DNA of 64,000 nucleotides from Ruditapes philippinarum (Eukaryota): NCBI RefSeq assembly GCF_026571515.1, contig NW_026853644.1, positions 1 to 64,000 of the forward strand, read 5' to 3'. Shown piece by piece: positions 35,801 to 46,964 of this stretch (position 1 is its first letter; each line of letters starts with the position of its first letter). The notes under the pieces were generated by a model. It saw only the letters and a program-made list of their open reading frames with translations, ran no database searches and was not told where the DNA came from. The position numbers and the translations under genes were made by a program.

Positions 35801-38800
35801 ATGATACGCAGTGCAATGACAGAATGGGAGAAGTATACATGCTTGCGATTTAGAGAAAAACTTAGCACAGATTATAACGTAGTCAGATTTCAAAATGGCC
35901 TAGGGTAATTATCTCCCTTTTTCGTAATGTAAACTTTTTCTTAGAATACGATGTGTAAAGGGTTAGCAGGAAACTTAATTTAGGGATTAATGCCCTTGTT
36001 TTACGGCCAAAACATTGTTCTCAAATCACTGTAGATTACTGATGTCATAAAACAAATTTGGGATAAATAGTGATTTACAAGTATCAAGAACTTATTCACA
36101 TTTGAGATACATTAAATCTTACATAGTACAGATTTTAAATATTTCGAATATCAAATGCAACATTTTGATTCGAAATTAGGCGTTCATTAAGTGCCACATC
36201 TATACTCATTGTATGTACATTTCAGATGCAATTCTCAACTTGGTATGGTGAAAGGAGAGCAGCCATTGAATTTGGATAGGAACGGTTGTAGATTTGTAAG
36301 GAACTTAATTGTTTTAATATTTATGAAGCAAATAAGATTGTAACAAAAGTATTTGAATTTTAATTGTTCTGCACGTTTGTTACGTCGCTTTTCATTGTAA
36401 AATAAATGTAAATTATATACACGGCTGCTGCCATTTAATAAAGCAATTTCATATTCTTCAATAATGAACTTAGTTTGCTGTATTGTAAATTTGTTGTCAA
36501 GATACTTGTCAAGTTATATGACTCTAAACGCTTGTCCCTAGCGACTTTATATACATGCAAACAACAGTTTACATAGAGTCATATTACCAGCCAAAAAATC
36601 TGTATAACTAAAAATACAATGTATATAATTCGTCTTGTTCACTTATTCATATATGTTATCTATGTACTCTTAATTCAATCAGAATTTTTCATATTTTCAT
36701 TTAACTTTTCCGGAAAAAAATGGAAAAAATATCAGAAAATAAAATTAAAATCACACATTCATGCAAAAATGTCAAGAAACAATCTTTTGAAGTCTTTGTC
36801 ACTCCTACAATTCTAGTTTTGATTTTTGCATCTTGATCTCTGTTTTCATTATAGTAAGGAAGTTTGGATACAAAGCGAGTCTAACATGTAAATAAAAAAA
36901 AAGAAAAGAAAAAAACACACTCTTTACGTTCACGACATTTATATTCACTAAGTTAAGTCACAGATAATGCTAACTAAAATTCGTGTGATTGATTTTTATT
37001 AACAGAAAGGACTTTATTTACACGAAATTGGTCATGCTATTGGTCTCGTGCATGAACATCAGCTTCCGACCAGAGATGACTACATTGAAATATTAGATTA
37101 CAACGTGCAACCGAATATGCGAATTTGGTTCAACAAGTACTCTTCACAGGAAGTAGACCAAATGAAAGTTCCTTATGAGTACTCTTCAGTGATGCATTAT
37201 GGTATAACGGTATGTCAGTGTTGTTATAAATGAATAAATGAAACATGTGTTAAAATTCACCTTCTAATGAGATTGTAGTCTAGTTTAATAATATTTTATT
37301 GCAACTACATGTATTCTATACATAAATACATGTAAGCTTTCATGAATGATACAAAAACAAATATTCACAAAGAGATATAGTGCAAATGGATCGGGATTGA
37401 AGTAGTATATCCAATAAATATAAAATGCTTGTTTTTTTTCCTAAAAACTGTCATTTGCATTGTTGAATCTAATTGACTTAGAAATATAATAATAAATCAT
37501 GAGAAAAGTAAGGTCTATGCAAATCTGTAAGACGGGTGAAACAACAGAATTACATGAAAAATTGCAGTCTCGGTTTGATTGAGTCTGTATATGAGGGGTG
37601 ATGAAAACGTGCAACATCCCTCACGCCCCCTAGCACCGACTTGAGCGGTTCTCATACTTCAACACTTATAAGTTACAATGGCAATGTTAGACCCCAAACG
37701 GATCGGTTTGACCTAAAGTCCAAAAAAAACCCAAAAGTTTTTATTAAAGTTATTCTCTAATTGGTCCAAATTGAAATGGCCCATACAAATAAGAAAAAAA
37801 CGAACTTGTATAAAGTTTATAAACACTTTAAGCGAAATAGACTTTCAGAAATTTTCAAATTTAGGCATTCTATTTCTACGGAAAAGAAGGGCAACGACTT
37901 TTTGCGAGATGTAAAAAAAATCCTACAATTAAATGTGGTAAATTACAATTTCATGTTTCATATGGACAGGCATTTTCACATGATGGTAAAGCACAGACAA
38001 TCAGGGCCAAACATGCCGACAAAGAAAAAACTATAGGAAGAGTGTACAAAAAAGAACTGTCCTTCACAGATGTAAAAATTGTGAATTTGATGTATGGATG
38101 TGCAGGTAATGGTTTTTTAAAAATAGATGGGCACATTCTTTGTGCAGTCATGTTACAATATATGCATACAGTTTTGGAGCTATGTCCCTTTATAACTTTG
38201 ATTTTCTTTTGTCAATGGTAAAATAACTTAAAAACTATCAAAACTTGGTAAACTTAATAATAATGACAAGGTGCATTTGTAAAAACAAGGGTCATTAACT
38301 TAAAAGAAATATGTTTATGTGATGTTAGAAAGTCAGTTCTTTGTAAAAAATGGAATATTTTTGATTTCATCAATTAGATATGATATTAGATATATTCTAT
38401 ATTAATTAGATGCAAAAAGAAAATTCATTTATATAAATGATATATTCACACTTCGTTAAATTTTTCATGCGAAGGATTAATTAATTAATTAATTAAAAGT
38501 ATTTCGATTAGAACCATATAAAATTGTCATATAACAATAATCTTGTATATTTTGCAGATCACTGTGATAAATCTATTGTATGTAACGGTGGTGGTTATGT
38601 GGACCAAAATTGTAACTGTATATGCCCGGATGGCACGGACTCTTGTACAAAGGATAATAAAGCACCTGTTGACCGTAAGTATTGATATTTCACGATAATG
38701 TGTCAACTACATATGTTTATGACAATGTGTCACTATGAAATAATAAAATGCAATGCGACAGACCAAATTTGTATATAGTTAATCTATAGATATATCTATG

Positions 38801-41800
38801 GACAAATGAAGGTTTTTACATTTTATCCCACGATTCATACAAAAACTTTTACAAAATATTTATCAACGCATTGCGCTTATTATCGATATATTATTATTCA
38901 TGTTGATAATTTAAAAGTTTGTTTTATACGGAAACTCATATTTGACAAGTTCCGGGGTGTCTCTATTTGTACTTCAGTAAAATTTCTTTAGGAAACATTT
39001 TCATGCATATAATTAAACCGTGGCAAGACTGCTTTGCAAACATGAATTCAGTAATTTATGTTTGGGGGAAAAACAACATGATATGGTAGGGTTTTTTTAA
39101 AACATTATTTTGTAGTTTTTTTATCGTTAATTTGATGAACTCTTTTTAAGCGATGCTATTATTGTAAAGCAAGTATTTGATGTAAAGCTTTTCTTCTTTT
39201 CCGAAACAGACCGGATTTTACTTTAAAACACACAAAATTAGATTACATTTTTCCGTACGTTATTTTAGCCACGTGTTTTAACGCTCACGATGACTGGCAG
39301 TGTAGTTTGTGGGCGAACCAAGGTGAATGCGATAGAAACCCGAGGTTCATGTTAGATGGGTGTAAAAAAGCTTGTCATCTGTGCGGCGAAAATGAGGACC
39401 AAGATGGTATGTGCATGCTTTTAACATCTCACTTCACGTGCCTTTGAATCTATATTTAGAACAATCTGATGGTAAATTATAAATACTATTCAAATACTCT
39501 AAAAATGTTATGAGTGATTTTTATGCCATTATAATAGAACTTTACTTTATGTATCAGTTATTGTTGATCTGTATACAGTCTCGAATATAACAATGAAATT
39601 TCTTCTAATTTCACAATGACTGTTATTCTCTCTAATTTCTTTTGTACAACTTTTTCATATCCATTCATTCTGTTGCGTTGCTATAATCAATTAAAATCTA
39701 AAATAATCTGTTGTCGAATGATCTTACCATCTTTTCAAACTTCTATGCTGTTGCTTAAATATTTCGTGCCATACATATGACTCGGATGATTTTGGATATC
39801 TTCGTCTTTTTCCGTATCTTATATTTATCTGAAAAGCATTTTGCTGACAAGATTTTTTGTTACTCCATGTCATATTGACGCTTGTTTGATCAAAGTGTGA
39901 CACGAAAGATCACATGATAATCAGAAGATTCATGAGTTTATTATTTATGACATACGTTAAAAAATAACGAGAAATATTTCTTGCAGGGCCTCATATTACA
40001 TTATGGACGTGGCAATGGTTATGTAGATTTGCCAACATTTGTCCAAAAGATTGGACAGTAGGTGAATAAATGAATGTCACTAACCTTATTATACTAATAC
40101 AGGAATGTTGATTGAAAAAAAAATGTTAACAGTAAAACCCTGCGATGTTCATGTTAGTTGTAGTTAGTTGAGACGTAAACAAATACGTATATGTGTATGT
40201 AGAAAGTTGTGCACATGCCCTCCAGAAGAACAAGTTTGTAAATTTAGCACGGAGTTCGACATTAGACATTATATAGCAGGAATGTCAGGAAATTTGCATT
40301 TATCCGGCTTAATGTCCTGCTGACAGAATATTGGGTAAAATTTGAATGTTTCATATGTTATACACCGTGCTAAATTAATTCACTCAATTAGCAAAACACT
40401 TGGAGAAATTTTGAATATTTAAAAAAGAAAACTAGGAAATTATAGGAATATTAAGCAGGTATTATAATAATATTCTATTGTGACAAAGAAAATTCCTAAA
40501 ATGTAGGAACATTTGAAGCTCAGTTACATATAAATGTTTACAGTCTACACTGTTTATTATTTTCTGACTTGTTTCTTCAGAGCGGCAAAAATTTAGGTTG
40601 GTTAATATAAACAGTCCCAGTTTACCAAACACTTTAAAAACTTACTTCTAAAATCGCTTCAGTGTTTCGCAAAACCAGTTTGTGAAACAGGATAATATTT
40701 GAAATTAAGTCATCAGAAAGAATGGTATCCTCATGAGAAAGAGGTATAACCAAAATAATTTACGGGGGGAGCAAAGTGAAAGACAAAAAGTTCGGCAAAT
40801 TATATGTCAAACTAATAGTTAGTCGTAATGAAACAATAGGAATTCAAGTTACATTTTAGAAAAACAAGGAGCACTTATAAAAACAACTTAGGAACAACTA
40901 GGAAACGCTGGAGAGCCTGAGTGTGCATTTGCATCTTTCTAAGTATAGTTGTATTGAATATGTAATACATTTACATTATGATGTTATGTAGATGATAAAT
41001 GATAATTTGATAATCGTAGTTGTGAATAAATATTGAATTGTCTAGTTTTCCTTAGTTTTTATATGATTGGCATTGTTGTTTATACATGTAAAGAACCTTT
41101 AGTCCACCCCTTAAACTACTAAAATGATAATAATGTTAAAATTTCTGTAAGTTTTTATGTTTGAAATTGATTTTATTTGATCTAACACATCTACAAATGA
41201 CGTTTAAAATTTCAAAGGGAGGCTACTTTTGATTTGTCAATTGGTGCATGATTTTATTGCAGCTTCTCGGCCATTAGCGGAGCACGATCCTCGCCGACTA
41301 TTTCCGTTTGTGCATGTACATGTAGAAGTAAATTGCGCATGCTCATTATAAGTCTTTTTTACAAAATCCCAGAAAACTTCTGTTGTCATGGTAAGCATAT
41401 CGAATAAATCACGCAGTTATTATGTATTTTATAATAAACTTTATTTTATTCAGTTAAGAAGAACATGGAAAGCTAATTTTATAAAGATGATAACGTTTAT
41501 GTATTTTTGATGAATTTGTGTAACATAATCTCATATATCTATTAAAGTTTATTTGATTTTGTTTTAAAAAAGTTTCTCGTGTAAGCTAATAATTTATAAA
41601 AATGACAATTTCAAAAGAATACGTGATTATTACTTTTTTAGTAAAATTACAAAACCATTTCAAGTGAAAATGATATTTGTCAGTGTCGACCAATTACTTA
41701 AACACAATGAATTCCTACCGCATTGTTAACAACCGCATAGATCTGTCTTGTAGTTTGCTTTAAAACAAGGCAACGGTGTTTTTAGAATTTTAATAGTTTA

Positions 41801-44800
41801 ACGATTTATTAAAATAAGTACTACTTTTTCAGGTGAGGAAGATATCCAGCTTACTTACGGAACGTCGGTGGTTCTACTCTGGCGTCCGTTTGTGCCCTGA
41901 AATATTGCACGGAAGGACACCTGAGGTCTTCCTCCACCACCTGTAAAGCTGGAACAAAAAAATGAAATAAAAAGAATAAAATAATAATAATAAAAAAGTA
42001 ATGATAAACAAAAAAGTGACGATATACAAATGAACATTTATTTCTTCATATTTCAGATTCGTGTAAAGATAGTTACGATACCTCTAAATGTAAAGTATGG
42101 AAGTTAAATGGAGAATGTATCGTGAATAAAAAATGGATGGAGAAACATTGCCGGGCAACATGCAAGGCATGCAAAGATTCCGGACCAGACCCTGATGGTA
42201 TGTTTGCGGTTCTTCCGGTTTATACCTTAATACACTTTTCACAATTATCGCACTAACCTTAAGCAAAGATTTTCTTTAAAAGGCAACATTCGCCTAAAAT
42301 TCAAACAATTTTTGACGTGTATCTATTAATCATATAATTGGACATGACATTTTTTTGGTTTCACAGAGTTGAAATTTTAAAACGATATTGTTATCTAGAA
42401 AAGTTTTATCTCTTGTTAAAGAAATTGCTACTTAAAAATCCTGTATGTTTTGTGATTGATATTGTTACTGTGTGTATACCACACTTGCAAACAATTATAT
42501 ATGTATATAATTATGCAAATAAAACAATTTTCAAACATCGAAGAATATATAAAATGTGTACTGCAAATATTTGTGCACAGTATATTTAATCAATAAATTA
42601 CATGCATTCATTTCTTATTGGAAAATTTGACTTAGAATTTATAGAAAAAAATTCTAATTACCTCCCTTTATTTACATGAAATGTTAAATTGGGTAATATC
42701 TTTATAAATAATACTCATTAGAACTTGCAATATTGACAAATCTTAATTTGAGCATCATATTTATGAAATAAAACCATAAAAAAATTGTGTTTCAGGATCT
42801 TTAAAGTCTTTGTTTTCTTTTAATAGTCTTTGTTTTGCTGTTGCCTTTATTTATGAAATGAGGTTTTTCTGTTGTACAGTTGCATGTAAAAATCAACATA
42901 CTGACGACAGTCAATGTGAAAAGTGGGCAAGGGAAGGAGAGTGCCAGATAAATTCTGCATGGATGCCTGAAAACTGCCGGAAGTCTTGTCATATGTGTGG
43001 CGATAGTGGGAAAATAGCAACAACAACAACACCGGAACCCACACCAAAACCAGGTAAGTGTCATTATGTTACACAAGTTTAAGCATTTCCAGAAATGTTT
43101 GGAATCGCCTTACAATCAGGAATTCCCTTTTTGTGTGTGAAAAGAACTCCTTCCTGAACAAGAGAGCTTATGTTTCTTCTTTAAGGATATTGTTCATCTC
43201 ACAGGAGCCTATAGACTGGTTTCGAGGTTCTTACATGAAGATAGTATTTCAATTCTAAATATAGGTAACCGACAAGCGTGCCCCGTAGGCGTCCCCTTTT
43301 TGAGCTCTTCTGTCTGACGTCCATTTTGTTAGCATATTGTATTTAATTCTCCATTCTGATTGGCTTAGAGCAGGCGTTGAGCAGCAAGATATAGTCAAAT
43401 GTAGTTAATTGTATATGTCGTGAACGGTGACAATAATCACCGTTTCTATTTTAAAGGCATCCTGTTAAGAAAATATTTCACTATAAATGAATCTATACAC
43501 TTACTGTGACAAAAATCTTGTGAAATGAAGAAATGTCCTAATACATCCTAAACTTTAATACTAAACAGATCTTTTAAATCTCCAGTGAAGTTTCTATCTA
43601 TAGACTGCTGCTGAAAATTCTTCTTTAATTTTCTACAGGCAAGTGTGAAGATATACATAATTCTGTTGAATGTAAGGGATGGGCGGATAGCGGCGAATGT
43701 GATCTGAATCCTGATTGGATGATTCCAAATTGTCGCAGATCATGTGGAAAGTGCGGGGACAGTGGAGAAGGTAAGTTTGCAAATTTTAATGGGGAATAAC
43801 TCTTGATTATTTTGCTCAGATATAATACTGATTTATCTCCCTTATCAAAAATGCAATCTTGTAAAATATCCCTTATTTCGTTTATTTTGGCAAGTTAAAC
43901 TAAAATCCCGTTCATAAAACAAATGTTTATATGTATTCAAACCTTTTACAACTATATAAATGGAAGTTTCTTAAAAAAGAAACTTAACTGGTCTCTTAAA
44001 AATATGCAAAAATCTGCACGCCCTCAGAAGAGCGAACGAGAATGTTTTTAGAACATTAAGATTGCTATGCGACGTTTAAAGTTGTATATAATTGGAGTAA
44101 TGGTTGGTTTTTGTTTTATATTTTGACATATATAAATAATTATTGTAATTAAAGCGTGTTTTGGGAGTTTTTCTTGTTCATTATTCTAATATACACCGGC
44201 AGGTATGTTGTAGCACACACATTTGTTGGTGGGACATAAAAAACAACTTAGCACACACATTTGTTGGTGGGACATAAAAAACAACTTAGCACACACATTT
44301 GTTGGTGGGACATAAAAAACAACTTAGCACACACATTTGTTGGTGGGACATAAAAAACAACTTAGCACACACATTTGTTGGTGGGACATAAAAAACAACT
44401 TAGCACACACATTTGTTGGTGGGACATAAAAAACAACTTAGCACACACATTTGTTGGTGGGACATAAAAAACAACTTAGCACACACATTTGTTGGTGGGA
44501 CATAAAAAAACAGTTGCATTTCACGAGACGCATTTGTTTTTAAATAAAAGCATACACATTTTAGTTCATGACAATTATTGAATGGGGATGATTTATTGAT
44601 TGATAATTACAGCTGAATGCAAGAACACGTGGAATGACAGACAGTGTGAAGGTTGGTCACGTGACGCTGAATGTATTAAAAATAGTATCTGGATGAATAA
44701 GAACTGTTATAAAGCTTGTTCTGGTTGCTCGGGCGACTCTACTACTTCCCGCCAGAAGACGGTTGTCACTACTCAAGCAACTACCCGAGAGGATTCTGGT

Positions 44801-46964
44801 ATGTCGCCTCTTATCTATTACAACTTCTTAGTCCACGCGTGCTTCAAATAATGTAAAAAGACTAGATCTGTTTGTTCTTATGCACAACACGGTAATAAGA
44901 ATACATGTTTTTAGAATTCACCACTTTGTATTAGGTTTTAGTCCATAAAAGGAATTTTACAGTTGTATCTCAAAACAGTAAATAGTTCGCCTTTTATAAA
45001 TTTAGGTGCATATGTAATTTTAATTTGTGCTTTTTTTATTATAAGTAACAGAAAATATGACCTAAATCATATTTAGTTAAGTAGATATCGAGGGTTTGTT
45101 GCGAAACTGTGTAAGTAATTATTACATATTGCAGGAGGTACGTCTGTTTCGCACTGATCCTTCGATATAATTTTTTTATTTATTATAAAAAGAAGTAAAT
45201 TGTTGGCTCATATTAGCCCCTTTGGTCTTTTCAATGGCCAAATGCCTTTTTTCGTTTCATAGCGACATTGATTTTGTATATTAAAACACACTAAGACATT
45301 GATCAATTTTGTCTTGTCGCCTTTTTTTCCAGGTTCATGTTCAAATAATCATAGAAATGATAAAGAATGCGACACTTGGGCCAAATATGGTCATTGTAAA
45401 ATCAACAAGTGGATGACCATTCATTGTGCAAAATCTTGTGGTGAATGCAAGAGTGAAGCGGTTACAACTCCAAAACCGGATAAGAAAGGTAAAGGTATTA
45501 ATTTTATAATAAATACGATTGCGTCTTTTCCGAAAAGTTTTTTAAAATTTATATCGTAAGCCTTTCGTGTGATGATGAACTTAAAATAAACTTCTACTGT
45601 TATATTATGTAAACTGTTTTGATATACATGTACATGCCTTCTATTTAAGGCGCCAGTGAGTGATTAGTATTTTTATTAAAAAAAAACAACAACAAAAAAC
45701 TAATGATTCACTGCGCAGTAAAGTTATGAAATTGGACGAAAGAATTAGGCATCCTTGCGAACACGGGCAAAAGTTTTATTGAAAAAAGCTAATAATGACG
45801 ATTGAGAAGTACATTGAAGTATTAATGTTGTAAAAACGAGAACCACCATTCTATTTATAGAAACACCAACATTGTGTCGAGATGACAAACTTCATTGTCC
45901 GGCATGGGCAAAACACGGATTTTGCGAAGATAACCCAGGGACGGCTCTCAGAATTTGTAAAAAGTCATGCAACGCGTGTAATGGCGGAAATACAGGTGAG
46001 TGAATAAATATCTACTCGGAGGTATTAAATCAGCAAAGTTATGACCCTATTTTCAAAATAATTGCAGTACTCTATTTACTCTCTATAAAATGCTGGAATC
46101 AAATTCAGAAGGACCATAACTTCCCCGTTCTTTACTTCTAGGATTGTCTAATTGCACCTTTGCAGTACCTGCATAGCTTAGTGTTGCTTTCTTTTTTGTT
46201 TCTTCCAAAAACACGCGGAAAAAACAAGGGACTTTCCACCTTTTTTTGTGTTGAGTTAAATGGGCTATAGCTTAACCTTTCCAGGGGATTATTGAAAAGG
46301 CATTATGACGGATAACCTGTGATGGGTGGGGGCGGGGGGATTCCATTTGACCATCGGGCGGGAATTATATCAGATATATATCTGTTTCGAAGTTAAAGTC
46401 TCAGCTTTTCCTCAAGTAAAGGGGATTTGATTATCGTTGACTGCTGCATGAGAAGATATTCATCATACGTTTTTGATGTGCTTATGTCCTTGTTTCTCTT
46501 TTTTTTCCTTGAAAACAAAATGATAGAAATATAATAATTCTTCACTTTCTATTCAGCCAACAACAGTTTAGCAAATACATGTACATTATAAGATGCGAGC
46601 ACCTTTAAATTATAATATAAATGATACAATTATCTCGGATATTTGAATAAAGTGCGATATACTCTATATACATTCATATAAAAACTATGTAGAGTAGTCC
46701 CCCTTGGTTTGACGTGAGCTTACTTAAGCAAAGAAGCCGAAATGATACATTTTTCAATCGCATATGTACATCTTGTGGCGTAACTTAAATACATTATCCG
46801 GCTTTTGATATCTTATTAGTACACATGAATAAAATTAATTCTTATTTGTTTCAGAATGTTTTGATAAACATCAGCTATGTCCAGTGTGGGCTAGTGGTAA
46901 CCAGTGCCAACGTAACGGAGGTTACATGTTACGAAACTGTCAAAAATCGTGCAGAGTATGTTGA
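26812..46964 (+). CDS. Secreted astacin-family (M12A) zinc metalloprotease with EGF-like domain and 8 ShK domains, 18 exons, about 784 aa
   Basis: Exons 26812-26850, 31706-31856, 32419-32527, 34897-35057, 35784-35904, 36226-36295, 37006-37209, 37970-38105, 38558-38674 (EGF-like), 39269-39406 (ShK1), 39987-40061 (Trp-rich, tentative), 42057-42197 (ShK2), 42880-43053 (ShK3), 43639-43770 (ShK4), 44613-44798 (ShK5), 45333-45488 (ShK6), 45861-45995 (ShK7), 46855-46964 (ShK8 and TGA). Signal peptide MDIWKIILAFILKIVISLRLSAA, furin-type site RTKR, WTDGIVPY, zinc motif HEIGHAIGLVHEH, Met-turn SVMHYG. Exon 1 and the Trp-rich exon are less certain than the others. Confidence 0.92.
28795..29066 (-). mobile_element. 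tRNA-derived SINE (Meta-domain-like)
   Basis: Minus-strand B-box GAGTTCGATTCCC, then CTTTCGTTGAGACTGATCATGAAATCATTTCT and a (CCA)n tail. Confidence 0.65.
29787..30110. repeat. Dispersed repeat (HINE-like) with related heads at about 22966 and 37545
   Basis: AAAATTGAAAATGTTGCAGGCTCGGTTTGATTG is shared with 22967-22999; a diverged version TTGCAGTCTCGGTTTGATTGAG lies at 37562. Confidence 0.65.
30153..30318. mobile_element. Palindromic MITE, copy 3 (deleted)
   Basis: Same family as 3793 and 10860, with internal and terminal deletions. Confidence 0.75.
31263..31602 (-). mobile_element. Young full-length V-domain SINE (RUDI-like) with poly(A) tail
   Basis: Minus strand: GGGGCCTCCGTGGCCGAGTGG A-box, AGGTTCGATCC B-box, V-domain, AATAAA, and a poly(A) of about 27 nt. 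TSD GATAGTTTT at 31254 and 31603. Confidence 0.88.
33445..34675. mobile_element. IS3EU-like element with 65-bp TIRs and inverted 21-bp arrays
   Basis: TATGGAAAGCCATGGCTGTCTGATATTGTTCTTTTTCAATTTAT.. and its reverse complement ending at 34675. Internal TCAATATATGAAACC-type periodic units on both arms. No matching TSD. Confidence 0.75.
41832..41953 (+). mobile_element. V-domain SINE fragment
   Basis: GTGAGGAAGATATCCAGCTTACTTACGGAACGTCGGTGGTTCTACT...GTCTTCCTCCACCA. Confidence 0.75.
44211..44510 (+). repeat. 38-bp minisatellite, about 8 copies
   Basis: TAGCACACACATTTGTTGGTGGGACATAAAAAACAACT head-to-tail, seven identical copies plus a slightly truncated eighth, with no spacers. Confidence 0.97.

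Noticed and set aside
41263-41395. Possible extra astacin exon after ttattgcag
   Set aside because: In-frame TAA in the required phase before the gtaag donor; no ShK pattern.
44211-44510. 38-bp repeats of CRISPR-like length
   Set aside because: No spacers; intronic minisatellite.
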